A stretch of 62,020 nucleotides of DNA, counting the filler, from Intoshia linei (taxonomy: Eukaryota > Animalia > Orthonectida): the NCBI GenBank assembly GCA_001642005.1. It is 4 parts of 4 records of this genome, joined end to end, with 100 filler letters (N's around TTAATTAATTAA, not from the genome) between each part and the next. Parts side by side here need not be neighbours in the genome. Positions count along the whole stretch, not along the records: positions 18,949 to 44,066 come from LWCA01000506.1; positions 44,167 to 60,503 come from LWCA01000871.1; 2 more parts are not named here. One strand, written 5' to 3'. Position numbers and translations under genes: made by a program. The notes under the pieces are model-generated. The model was not told the DNA's origin. It ran no database searches and was given only the letters and a program-made list of their open reading frames with translations. Numbering within the stretch: the stretch's first letter is position 1; every line of letters starts with the position of its first letter. Shown in pieces: positions 37,426-50,363 of this stretch.

Positions 37426-38874
37426 ATGGCAAAATGGGACATTATCGGAGAAAATAACATAGAAAATAATAAAATTAGTGACGATGTAATCTCCGTATTA
37501 AATGAAGAAAAAAGTAAAAATTTGATGAATGATTTCGAGTCAGAAATTGAAATTATACACAAAACCTATAAAGATTTACTTGACACCAAAAATATAAATA
37601 GTAACACAAAATCGAAAGATAGTTCAGATGCAAATAAAAATTATAATAAGGATAATATAAATGATGCAACTAAAAGAGATTTCAATATAGTCAACTTTAA
37701 TTCTAAAAATAAGAATAATAACAAACACGTTGATATTAAATCTGAAGACACAAAGCGTGTACCAATTATTAAAGAAAACAAATATCACGACCCAAAAAAA
37801 ATTAAAACTGAAAATATTAATGATATGAAAGAAAGTTGGGATAATAGAAACAATAATGCCAAGTTTAATTATGAAAATAGTCGAAATGAAATCAAAATAC
37901 CTCCAAAATCCACACAATTCAAGAATCATTGGAACAGTTACATGAAGAATTCACCAAACAGAAAATATAATGCAAAAAATTGGAAAAGTACGTTAAATGT
38001 CAAAAAACCAATTTCTGTTACAAATAATCATGAAAAAGACAATAAATTTAAAACCAAACGCCCGTTGAATCTATCAAAAAATAACTTTAGATGGAATCAT
38101 AGGTATTATAAAAAAAATAATGAAGATGAATATGGTAATAAAAATAATAATTACAAAAAACATAACACATTTGATAATACTAGAGAAAATAAAAACAAAA
38201 AATATAATAGTAATAGCTATTACGACAATAATAATAATAGATATAAGGATAAGAATCGATTTGATAATGTTGATAATCTAAGGGATCATAGTCGTGATTA
38301 CAATGGACACACTGAAAGAAATGGATATTATAATAATATAAACAACATGTACAAAGATTCAAATGGTTTGGATCGTTTTGATAAAACCAATCATGAACAG
38401 CATGGTTATTATAGGGACAATGCACGGAATAAGAATTATAATGACCATGAAAACAGGTATCCAGATTCTAATAGTCTTGAAAATTCTTACAATAAACATG
38501 CTAATGTTAATAAAAACTATAATAATTACAATAAATATAATGATGAAAACATTAAATTTGATCATGATTACGATTACAAAAATTACAATGAAAACGTAAA
38601 TACAAATGGCGATTATGAGAATGATTATTATAATGAGTATTATAACAATATTTATGATACTAATAGGCACAAGAGGCATAATAATTTAATAAATAAAAGT
38701 AAATACAAACTAAAAGAAAAATCAAAAAATAATGCAAATTTACAGGATAATAACTATTCTCATTATTTCATTGTTTATAATGACGCAGACGCCACAATAT
38801 TGAAAATAATAAATGGGTTGTTGAATAAAAAACAAAAGAAAGAATTTTGTGACATGATCAATAATACCGAATAA
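37426..38874 (+). CDS. Asn/Lys/Tyr/Asp-rich low-complexity protein (482-aa ORF or large terminal exon)
   Basis: A 1.45-kb stop-free frame in very AT-rich DNA. The frame is open back to a possible acceptor at 37369. No domain recognised. Confidence 0.7.
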   Translation: MAKWDIIGENNIENNKISDDVISVLNEEKSKNLMNDFESEIEIIHKTYKDLLDTKNINSNTKSKDSSDANKNYNKDNINDATKRDFNIVNFNSKNKNNNKHVDIKSEDTKRVPIIKENKYHDPKKIKTENINDMKESWDNRNNNAKFNYENSRNEIKIPPKSTQFKNHWNSYMKNSPNRKYNAKNWKSTLNVKKPISVTNNHEKDNKFKTKRPLNLSKNNFRWNHRYYKKNNEDEYGNKNNNYKKHNTFDNTRENKNKKYNSNSYYDNNNNRYKDKNRFDNVDNLRDHSRDYNGHTERNGYYNNINNMYKDSNGLDRFDKTNHEQHGYYRDNARNKNYNDHENRYPDSNSLENSYNKHANVNKNYNNYNKYNDENIKFDHDYDYKNYNENVNTNGDYENDYYNEYYNNIYDTNRHKRHNNLINKSKYKLKEKSKNNANLQDNNYSHYFIVYNDADATILKIINGLLNKKQKKEFCDMINNTE

Positions 38875-39274
38875 TTATTAATATTATTAATAAATATTAT
38901 TATTATATAATAGTATTTAGTAATTAGTATTTATAATATTATTGTTAATATATTAATATTATTTAAAATTCTGTAATAAAATTTAAAAATTAATTTATAA
39001 ACCATTCAATGATACATTTTAGGTTAAAATATATTATAGTATTTTCTCTACAAGCAGCAATTTCGTACCTCGCCATCTATTTTTTTGAAGAATGTTTTCG
39101 AAATTTATAATTCGTTGAAACCATTAATTATAATATTATTTAAATATTCAAAAAATTAGATTCAAATTCCATTTAGTTTTATCTACTATTCATTTCAGTT
39201 TAATTGAGGTATTCTTATGTTTTTTCGGTGTATGTTACATAGAATGTGTACAACTGTGAAATGTCAATGTAGAG

Positions 39275-39883
39275 TAGGGTGTCACATCGTTTTTAAATTT
39301 TGAGAATTTGAAAGACGGAGTAGCTAGGTAAGTAATATCTTTGAATGCAGATCACGATGTTAGAAACAGTTTTTTAAAAAAGTCAGTAACGACGTTGCGT
39401 TGCTCAATTAACTAATTAACAAAAAATAGCTAAATTCAACTTTATTTTCATGTTTTTTATCCAAAAACTTAAATTCCTGCTTCGTTTCCGAGAAAAATTA
39501 AAAAAATTCATACATTTTAATATATCGTGTTAAGCAAAATCATGTCCAATTGACTTTATTCTATAATATACAAAAAAATTGAAAATTATAATTATTATTA
39601 TTATTTTGTTTTGTGGTTTAAACAATGTTATATGGGGTAAATAAATTTAGATACTTTTTGTAACGTTTGAACATTTTGCTCTAATTGTATAAAAGACATT
39701 AAGATAGTAATTTTTATGTAAAATTTCACAAGAAAATGTGGAACTTTAAATAAGGCCGACACGAAGATCTGTGTATAAAAACATTTTTTTTAACGAATTA
39801 ATTGAATGAATTATAACTTAAATTCGTATAAGCATATAACTATTGCTAAGCACATTAAAATTGTGAATATGTGTGACACCCTA
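39275..39883. mobile_element. hATm-like MITE
   Basis: TIR TAGGGTGTCACA / TGTGACACCCTA; degenerate 8-bp flanks ATGTAGAG / GTGTACAC. Confidence 0.7.
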
Positions 39884-40099
39884 GTGTACACATTTCACGG
39901 GCAAGTCGTAGAATGTGTAAAATTTTCATTTATATTTTAATTTTAGTTTAATTTAGGGTTTTAGAAATTTTTTTTGAACCAAACTTTAAGGGGGATTTTT
40001 TAGAAATTTTTTTTTAAACTAAACTTTTTAAGGGTTTTTAAGATTTTTAATTATAACTAACATAATATTATTTATAAGGTTTATAATACATAAATAATA

Positions 40100-41771
40100 T
40101 TTTATTCTTGTTATTTTAATAATGGCACGGATACCTCTCGAAAAAAGAAAAAAGATAATTAACCTCTATCAAAAACAAATTTCTCACGTAAAATTGCTAT
40201 AGACGGCGGGTTTCAAAGAGCTAAGTTTAAGCAATCATTAAAAAATTAAAGAATCAAAAATCCGTCATAGATATGCCGGATCAGGACGTCCACGCATGTT
40301 ATCGGTAAAAGATGAACGCCGTTTATGCAAAGAGTCTCGTATATTCCCGGTAAAAGTGCGAAAAATGTGAAAAGAGACTCACTGGCATCTTCAGTTAGCA
40401 TGTCCACTGAAACAGTAAGGCGATATATCAGAAATAATAATATATGAGGAAGAATATCAGCCAAAAAGCCATTGCTATCTAAACCTAACATAAAGAAGAG
40501 ATTGTTATGATGTCAATCTCACCTAAAATGGAGCAATTTAGATAGGAATAAGGTGTTATTTACGGATGAAAGTAAAATAAAACTATTATATCGTCTAACT
40601 ACCAAGTCATAAGTTAGAAGGCCAAAAGGAAAAAGATACGATCCAAAATACACAACTAATACTACATATTCAATACTAATACTAAATATTCACCGTCAAT
40701 AATGGTATGGGGTGACATTTGATACGATGGTAGGCGCATTATTGTTATTCAAATGACTACATTAAGATTTTATCTAACATGACGTCTAGCTTTTACCCCG
40801 AAGATTCTTTTTTCAACAGGATAACACGCCTTGCCATAAATATATAAAAAGTATGGAATACTTATCTTATAGACCAGGGGTGTCAATTATAGTGACCTCG
40901 GACCATTTGCGGTCCCCAATTATGGAATGTGCGGCCCGCGTTATAATATAAATTTTTATTTTTTATACCAATTTTTTACACATATTTGTTATTTTACAGT
41001 TTTTTCATATATTTTTCATGATTTATTTATTATTACAATTTAAACTTTAATTTTAATTATGTGTACACTTACTCCATTTTTATTGTTTCATATTTCATTC
41101 TATGAATTAAAATTATTATAAATTTATTAAATTTGTTAGTGTTAACATAATTTTTTGAGTAAAGACTTTTTTGTGCGGCCCGCGTAATATTTTTTTTTCA
41201 CATTAGGCCCGCCAAGCAAATTGAGTCTGACACCCCTCTAGAATCTAGACAAATTAAATTACTTGAAAACTGGCCACTATAGAGTCCTGATATTATATCA
41301 TTAAAAATATGTGGCATACATTGAAATAGAATGTTAAAATTCGTCAACCAAAAAATGTGGAAGAATTATGGGCTATAACGCTGGAGGAATGGAATAAAAT
41401 ACCTAATTTTTACGTATTAAAACTTTATAATAGTATAGAAAAATAAATCAAGGCGATTGTAATGTCAAAAAGACATCATACGAAATATTAAATATATATT
41501 TTTTTCAAAAAGTGTCTAGTAATTAATTATAATCAACGTAAATTTAAAGTTGGCTCAAAACTTTTGTGTCTAAAAATATTTCTAATAATTTTTAAAATTA
41601 AAATTAATTTAATTAATAATTGTTATTCTATTACACGATTAAGCATAATATCAAATATATTCACCTATATTATGTTTTTCTTTAAAATTTAGAAATCGAA
41701 TGACTAGTTTCTGTGGTATTAATCAAAATATATTATTGCGTAGGGGGGCTCAAGACTTTTTTCCGGCACTT
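40100..41771 (+). mobile_element. Tc1-like transposon remnant containing a nested hAT MITE
   Basis: Decayed transposase (SGRP, VLFTDESKI, IMVWG, FQQDNTPCH, ENWP..SPD). Right end CAAGACTTTTTTCCGGCACT; same family as 56411-57733. Confidence 0.88.
40875..41238. mobile_element. hAT MITE nested in the Tc1 transposase
   Basis: CAGGGGTGTCA / TGACACCCCT ends; homologous to 20902-21164. Confidence 0.85.
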
Positions 41772-42390
41772 TATATTTCAAAAAAAAAATTTTAAAACCT
41801 TCCTTGAGTTTGGTTCAAAAAAATTTTTAATAGACCCCTCTTGAAAGTTTGGTTCAAAAAAAAATCTTAAAAACCCCTTGAAAATTTGGTTCAAAAAAAT
41901 TTTAAAATTTTAATTCAAGTGGGGTTTTATAATTTTTAATGCTAAAAAGCTAAAAAAACAACATTACTTATGGAAAGACCTAATAATATTCTTGTGATGG
42001 GTTGAGAAATTGGACAAATTGATTCGAGTTTTAAAAAGCGACGGATAAAGGCAGTTAATTTTTAAAGTCAACACTAATTTAAATAGATTATGTAAGATTA
42101 TATTTGATACTTATAAATAAAATAAACATTTTCGAAGATATAAAGGTTGTCCTAAAAGTGAATTAATAATATTAGAAAACATTTTACTTCTCATTTTTAA
42201 TATATTTGTAATATATATTTGATATATATATAATATCCAGTGTAGTTTATCAAATTCCAAATTAAACCAAAACGATAACCCCTTTAGTTAAATTATGAAA
42301 ATTATCGTTAGAAACCACTGTTGTCGTTTTAACTTTACTGAAATTGTGAAATTATTTAAAAATATATAATTAACATACAATAACCAAATC

Positions 42391-43941
42391 ATGGTATGTT
42401 TTTGTAGTATACTGGTAATTCTCGATTCGTTTATTGATATGCTTATATCATCCACAACGGAGATTCGATTTTCGAACCAATGATTAACAACTTTAATTGA
42501 GACATCCCGCATTCACCATTTTTAATAATGATCATTTAGAAAATATCAAAGTTATACTTGACAATCTATAATACATTTCAATTATTAGGGTACTTGTTTT
42601 AATATATGTACTTACATGCGTATTAGATGGACATTTATTTTAGCAATTTTTTTGTACACTCTTTTTTTTATAGGCGTCAGATTGATTCCTATAAATACTT
42701 TTAATACTCTAGCGTTCTTTCAAACACTAGCTTTGATGGAGGTAATTTATTTTATAAATAAGAATCCTTTTTGTGTTTATTACCGTGAAGGTGCATATTT
42801 ATGTGATTAAAATTATTTATGTGAATTTATTCAGCTCATCCTCCACTACTGTATATTGTTTTCGATGCACCTTGCATTTTATAAGGTTTATACAATTTTT
42901 CATTGATCAAACTTAAATATTTTTATGTGAAATTTTTAAATGTGAATCTTCTTTTAAATTTGTGGCTTATGAAGGAGAACATTGTTACGCAATAAACAGT
43001 CAAAAATTATCACAATAGTACCTTATTTTTATGATATTAGCATTTTACTTCTAGGGACTGGAACTGACTCAAAAAAACGAATCGACTTGCATCTACTCGG
43101 TTCCGATCCCTAGTTACTACCCCTTAATACGCTAAAACGTGTCATCATATTGTACAGAATTACCAACATTGTCATAATTTTTTAAACTAACCGAAACACA
43201 CTTCCAGTCAATTCGCATTAGCATGTAAGGATAAAACCCGTAGTAAACATGAGGCAAGGATAGTTAATTATTTAGTATCTAGCAATATCACATTTTAGAT
43301 GTAATAAATATAATTTTAGATGATTCATATAATTATTGGAATAGTTAGATCACCTTTAATTGTGACAATGCTTCAATATATGTCCAGAATTTTCATCTTA
43401 TGGTTTTGTGGTTATATCCATGTAGAAGTAATTATATTTACAACAATGTTAACACAATTTTTTTGATAAGTTTAATCATATTTAAATACATATTTGTAGT
43501 CTCAAAATTCAACTATAACATCTTCATATGTATTGATATGGAGCATTACAGAAATTATACGATATGCCTATTATACGGGAAAATTAACAAACACCGAGAT
43601 TCCATTTGTAGACAAATTACGATATTCTGCTTTTCTTATCCTCTACCCATGTGGAGTAACAGTAAATACTGAATAAAAATTGAAATAACGATTAAATGTT
43701 TAGTGCGAAATGATTTCAAATTGGTTGGCTATGAAAAAAGTTAATTGGAGATTTAGACTCTATTTTAAACAAGATATTCGATGGATCATATATATTCAAA
43801 TGACAGTTTGGTTATTCTGTATGATATTTATTATATAAATTTAAATTTATTTTAGTTTCTCTTTCTGTTTTTATTTATTTACTCAATCAAAGGAAAAAAT
43901 TTTTTATACGCGATAAAAATCAATCTAAAATAAAAATTTGA
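42391..43941 (+). CDS. HACD: Very-long-chain (3R)-3-hydroxyacyl-CoA dehydratase (PTPLA/PHS1 family), multi-exon
   Basis: Spliced motifs YLTIYNTFQLLGW, FFQTLALME, IGIVRSP..TMLQYMSRIF, WSITEIIRYAYY, RYSAFLILYPCGVT, LNQRKK. Probable ATG-only first coding exon at 42391. Confidence 0.88.
43052..43112. mobile_element. 61-bp mini hAT-like element in a HACD intron
   Basis: TAGGGACTGGAAC / GTTCCGATCCCTA imperfect TIR; flanks TTTACTTC / GTTACTAC. Confidence 0.5.
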
Positions 43942-44066
43942 AAAGTTTTCTCATTATTGTATTAATATTAATAATTGTAATATTAATAAACTATCCTGTT
44001 ATTTACTTTTTAACACAGTACAACACTCCAAAAAAGAGATTAATCAAATCTATATAATTATGATCT

Positions 44067-44166
44067 NNNNNNNNNNNNNNNNNNNNNNNNNNNNNNNNNN
44101 NNNNNNNNNNTTAATTAATTAANNNNNNNNNNNNNNNNNNNNNNNNNNNNNNNNNNNNNNNNNNNN
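44067..44166. other. Assembly gap with stop-codon linker
   Basis: N run + TTAATTAATTAA + N run. Confidence 0.98.
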
Positions 44167-44470
44167 TTAACCTCAGGGTGCTCATTAATTTTTGAATAAA
44201 TATTTTATATTGTGAATAATTAATATAGAATAAGCAGTTGCTTGTTTGCCGAATAGGTAGTATTTGAATTTTTTCGTTGCCCAATTTATAGCTGACAGTT
44301 CTTTTTCGATAGCTGTATAACACATTATAAAAAGAAATAACCTAATTTAACATTCTTTCAAATAAAAATTAACTTTATCAAAAACAAAAATCCTTATAAA
44401 CAGGAATTAAACAGTATAATTATAATATCATTATAATGAAATAATTTGATTTTATTAATTTAATATTTTA

Positions 44471-45125
44471 GACAAAACGAGAAAATACAGATGAAATTAA
44501 AAAAAAATATCACATAAAACCTATAAAATCATTGACAAGCAGATTCGATAAAGAATACGAAGAAAAGGTTAAGCGTACATTGGAAGAAGAACAGCGAAAA
44601 CAGTAACAGTTGTTGCTTGAAAAAAGCGTAATTATAAATTTATCATTTCAATAATGATTCATTCATTATAATTATACAATACATTGTAATTAACATTTGT
44701 AAATAATAGATTTTACAGCGTATAAAACTTACGAAATGAAATGTTTTCATATCAACAATAATTGGCGTGAAAGGTAGCACAATTTCTTCCATTAGGTTCA
44801 TTTAATAGATTATGGTTTAATTGAATTTTTTTTTAGAAAACTTACAAAGGCAAATATAAAAATTTCCGCTTCCGACAAGTATTGCGACATTAGAAAAATT
44901 ATCGTTTCCGGTTCTTCTAAAGGTGTGTACGACGCTATAGCCTTAATGAAAAATTCCATTACTAGGAATATCGACAATATTTTTCTTGGTTCTATTTATT
45001 CAAAGTATATTTTCATGCCAATAAAAATTAAAAATTTGTGTCTATGTATCTGTGTTATATGTAATGTTTATTGTAATTATATGTGTATATGGTTTAATTC
45101 AAAAATTAAAAATCCTGTAATTTAA
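44471..45125 (+). pseudogene. KH-domain RNA-binding protein fragment, apparently disrupted
   Basis: Spliced IIGVKGSTISSI/RKLTKANIKIS...RKIIVSGS has the KH GxxG pattern. An in-frame TGA lies just upstream, and a TAA falls in the preceding exon-like segment. Confidence 0.5.
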
Positions 45126-47461
45126 AAAATACCAATTTATATTACAGTTTTTCGAGTGTAAGATTTTATCTGAAATTTTATTTACAGAAATTGGATACTT
45201 CAGGGTCAAAAACCTAAAGTATTCTTTTCTTTTTTTAATAAAATGAGTTATAATTACAAATAATTTATATTCTGGGACGCGTATAAAAATCATTAACATT
45301 GTCTTACATTTCATTCTCAGAAACGTACATTTTCATGGTAAAACCTCCAAATTACATTTATTTTAAAAATGAAAAAAGTCCTAAAATTTTATAAAACATA
45401 AATTATAGCATAGTTTTAAGCCATGAGCATTATCGTGAACAAAACCTCAAAAACGTACAGTTTTACGATGAAAATCCCAGATTACCCTTTTGTTAAAGTG
45501 TTTGTTCGGTGCTATTAATAATTTAAATTAAACTCTTACACGGTGATATTCAACGTTGGGAAAATCGTTATTTTTTATTTTAAAAATATATTAATATTCT
45601 ATCTTATATATAAAATAAAAGTATTAATGTATACTAGAATGTCACACCCATCAAAGAATCAAGGGCAATTAGCACTACAAGTGTGTATTTTTAAAATAGA
45701 AAAGCTAATTCGCAATCAAAAACATTTAACTATTTACTAACTATTTAACATTTAATTAAAATTATTATTAATTATGATTTAAAAGATTATAGTAATTTAA
45801 AATAATTACATTTTATTGATTTAAAAAAGTGAATTTTGATGGATTTATCGCAAACGTGAGAGGTATTGTACAAAATATATTTTTGTTCGTCATTATTAAG
45901 ATAAATAATAACGCCAGACTCTAAAATATTTTACAATAACAAAATAAAATATAAACAAAGCATTATTCACAGGGTCCATGAGGACCCAGGGGTCATCATA
46001 AACATTTCGATCCCTGTAAAAGCCAGGTTTTTATAACGCTACTTTTTTGGGGTTATGTAATTTTTAATAATATTAAAGTACATTTACTATTGAAGTTAAA
46101 TAAATGTGACTTTATATTTAATAAATACAGCGAACCTTTCACTATTCATCCTATCCATTATTCGATTAAAAAACGTTGATTGATTTTCTTTTCATGGTTT
46201 GCAAATTGTAATTTATTCCAAAAAAAATTTTTTGATTCCTTGGTCCATCTGATCATCATGTAAATTTGGAAAAATGAAGCCCAATTTTACAAAAATTACG
46301 ACGAGCAGTGCACTACTCGATAAGGCTCTCGAATATGGTTAGTTCAACAGTGGACCCATAGTTATGGCATTCAGAAAATTTTAGCTTTTTAATATTAATC
46401 TTAAGTTAAGCCAGTTAACATTTGTTTAAAAAAATAAGTGTAATGAATAAAGTTAGTCACTATGACTTTATCCATTATCGTGAAAATAACGTGCAATAAC
46501 GTGAAAATAATTTACTTTAAATATGAAATTTATATCTTTGATATGAAATATTTAATTCATTAGATGTAGTATTATTATTATTAATATTATTATTAACTGT
46601 TTAATGTAGATGATTTATTGATTAGTATGTATTCTAATTTTATAAAACAATGCGACAATATTAATTTTAAATTATATGCATTAATTTTATATTTGTTACA
46701 AATTTTTATAACATTTTACTATGAAAATAAAGTTTAATTTAAACTTTTTACGAAAAATTTTGATGTCGAGTGGCTCGGTCTAAACTCAACCAATTGAAAA
46801 AATTTTTTCAGGAAACCAATCACCATAGCAACACTAATGTAACTATCGTTATCATCACTCAGTCTAGAATGAATATATTATGTTAATTTATTCTCTATAT
46901 AAAATATAATGTTTGGTATATAAGTTTCTAGTAGTAAACTATTGAAGTTACTGCTAGTTATTAATATCATTATCTGGTTTACAAATATACTTATAACTTC
47001 ATTTTTATGAATTATGCACCCGATTACGTTACTATTATCACCAATAATCCTGATGGTGAAATATACTTTTTACTTACTTTATACTTATTGATCTTTTAAA
47101 AAAATATGCAAAAGTGATCACCCTAATACTTATACAATATATATAATATACATCAATGATGAAGAAACTACCAGTTCCAAACCTACCGTATCCGAGATTC
47201 GACGTCGGAGGGATCCCTAAGAAAATTTTTTAAAATGGAGGCATTAATTTGCTAAATTGAGCATTAAAAAATTCTTGAATATCATAAATAATTTGTATTT
47301 TATATTTAAAATGCCAACTCAAGAGTCTTAGAGATGTGGATAGGGTTATATAACACTACAATTCGTTTGCGAAATATCATTATTATTTTAATTTTATTTT
47401 ATTATTATTTTATTGATTATTTTAATGTTACATTAAGTTTCTTTTTGCAATGTTGGACAGT

Positions 47462-47857
47462 GTAATATGCTAAGCGATTTTTGTTTGTGTGTTCAACTTT
47501 ATTTAAATAACTACACGTCTTAGAATTTGAATAAATCCATATTTCAATTACAGTTTTTTTTAGAGTGTTCACAAAATAAATTTCAACCTCCCAAAATCAC
47601 ATTTTACGGATCAAAAACCCCAATTTTCTTTTTTTTTATTAAATCAAACGAGTTGGAGAATTTACAAAAATAATTTCAGCCCTAGAATTTAAAAAAATTT
47701 ACAAGTGGTACAGTTGTATCTTGTTAACACACACAAAAAATTTCAATCCGAATAAGTAATGACTTCACGGTCAAAAAAGCATTTTCGTATTTATATATAT
47801 TTTATTAAAACAATAAATGTGAAATAATTAACGGTCCAAAAATTAAAAAAAAAGATT
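47462..47857 (+). mobile_element. Helitron-like repeat fragment (5' part)
   Basis: TAATATGCTAAGCGATTTTTGTTTGTGTG family start. Confidence 0.7.
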
Positions 47858-48722
47858 ATATAATATATTATATGCAATGCATATTATGCATAGAATACAA
47901 TTTAGATAATGTAAATTGCCAGAATTCGAGAAATTAAATCGTTAATAAAATCCAAAAAAATTGAGCTAGAAACAAATTTAAAAAAATGAACTGTATAACT
48001 AAATATGGATAACAATATTATAAAGTCGGTACCACGTTTAAAAGCTCAAACGCCAATTTCCGTTAAAATAAAGTTCAGTTTTATTTATGTATAATATTTT
48101 GACTGATATTTAAAATGACAAACGCAACTCGAATAGATAGCGTTAAATGTTTTTGATTGCGAATTAGTTTTCTATTTGAAAAATACACACTTTAGTGCTA
48201 ATTGCCCATCGAATTCTAAAATTTTCAATTTGACTTAGCGCTATTGCACTGTAAATAATAATGGTACAACGTACTTAGAGTCTAAGTACATGTATGTGGT
48301 ATGATTAGTGTTAAATATATCACCACTGTCAATATTAGAAATGGAATGAAATAAATGTGACATTTTTAATAAATAAAATTTATTTAATTTGAATTAATAA
48401 AAATTAATTAATGTCACATCAACAATTTATTCCAATCCCTTTTTACCTCTACAATTTTTCTCATTTGTGGTTATTAATTATAAGTTAGTGTTGTGATATT
48501 AGTTTCAAGTTTTATTTTTCTTACAAAAAATTATACATCTATCTATCACTACTAAAACTATAATAGATATCAAAATAATAATAGTGACACAAAGGATAAT
48601 CAAATAAATATTGTTTTTTTCTTCAACATGAATGCCAGAATGTATATCCGATATTTCATTATATGAGGTATAAATTTTTGAATAGTATATTTCTTCTAAT
48701 TTTTTAATAAATTATAATTATA

Positions 48723-50322
48723 CAGTGCGCGACACTTGAATAGGGACAAAAAGTTTTTTTAGATTACAAGAAATAAAATAGATTAAGTTAAAATAAATTT
48801 AGAAACAGATGAATTAATGATATATTGAGACAATACAATAATATTGTGTTTGCATAGCAATGTAGTTACATAATAATAAGTAAAATATGAAAATAAGTGT
48901 ATTTTTACCGCGACACTTAAATAGAAAGAATTATTTAAAATATTAATAATTAACAGATACACAATGGGTCGAAGAAACAGACTAACTAAATTTGAAATGG
49001 GTAAAGCTGACAGTCTCCTCGCAACTGGAAAAGTATTAGGTATATTGCATCTATATTAAATAGGAGTAAATCCGTAATTTTTAACTACTCAAAATCAAAA
49101 TCTATCTACGGCGAAAATAATAAAGGTAGAACAAAAATGGAAATCGGTAAGAGTGATGTTCGACGATTTTTACACCATAGTAGTAACAATGAAGGTGAAT
49201 CAGCGGTACAATTAAAGAACAATGTGAATTTAATAGCATCAAAAAGAACAATCCAACGTAATTGAAAAAAATGGTAGAATTTACAAAAAAAAGTTTCGCC
49301 TAGGTTACTAAAACGCCATAAAGTGTGCCGATTAGATTTTGCTAAAAAATATCACATATGGCGAGAGGAATGGCGAAATGTCATCTTTTTCGACGAAAAG
49401 AAATTTAATCTGTATGGTCCTGATGGATTGCAGTATTATTGGCATGATATTAAAAAGGATGATTCATTGTTTTCCTTTCGTGCACATGGAGGCGGTTCAA
49501 TAATGGTATGGGCGCGTTCGGTTATAACGGAAAGCTAAATTTAGAAGTAATTAATGGATGTTTAAATTCAAGTGGATACATAAAAATGTTAAAAAAAATC
49601 GAATCTTAAACATATCGGTTCTACAATTGGAGGATCAAATTGGATATTCTAGCAAGATAACGCATCATTACACGTCTCCAAAATATCTAAAAATTGGTTT
49701 GAAAATAATGACAAAAATTTTCTAATTTTCTAAATAAAATAATAAATTTTAATTAATTTAATAAATTTTCTAAATTGGCCTTCTCTATATTCAGACCTAA
49801 ACCCTATAGAGAATATATGCTGCATTCTTGCACGTCAGGTTTATAAAAATGGATAACAATATGATTCCATACAAGACCTGAAAATAGGTATCATTTCTAC
49901 ATGGAATGAAATGGAATTAAATATTTTTCAAAGAGTAGTGAACTCTATGCCTAACAGAATGTTTGAACTAGCAAAATCCAATGGGAAAAAAATACCATAT
50001 TAAAGATTTTCTTAATTAACATATTTAATGAACTATATTGTTGGCCTTAACCATTCAGTTAAATTTCAGTTTGTAAAATTAAATATTTGTATACTTATTA
50101 ACTGTTTTTATTTTTGTCCCTATTCAAGTATCTCAATAAAAATACTTATTTTTATTTTTCTTAATTTTCATCAAATTCGAATTAGCCAATTAATAAATAA
50201 TTTTTCAAGGATATTTTTTAATCGCTAATTCACACTTTCTATATCATTTTTATATTTTAAAAGTCGGCTAAATTACAGTTAATCCACTTAACATTTTGTC
50301 CCTATTCAAGTGACGCGCACTG
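48723..50322 (+). mobile_element. Full-length decayed Tc1-like transposon (IR/DR type)
   Basis: TA|CAGTGCGCGACACTTGAATAGGGACAAAA ... TTTTGTCCCTATTCAAGTGACGCGCACTG|TA. Inner repeats at ~48910 and ~50112. Motifs FFDEKKFNL.GPDG, IMVW, QDNA, DLNPIEN with stops and frameshifts. Confidence 0.95.
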
Positions 50323-50363
50323 TATGTATTATTATATAATAAATAAATCTCAAATCCCTCTAT

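Noticed and set aside
37624-38679. Antisense and alternate-frame ORFs rich in Ile/Phe/Tyr
   Set aside because: Shadow frames of the AAT-rich 482-aa ORF.
37088-44760. Stop-codon reassignment suggested by in-frame TGA/TAA in a few exon-like segments
   Set aside because: Conserved genes (Lox5, HACD, OGDH) use TGG for Trp and end normally at TGA or TAA.
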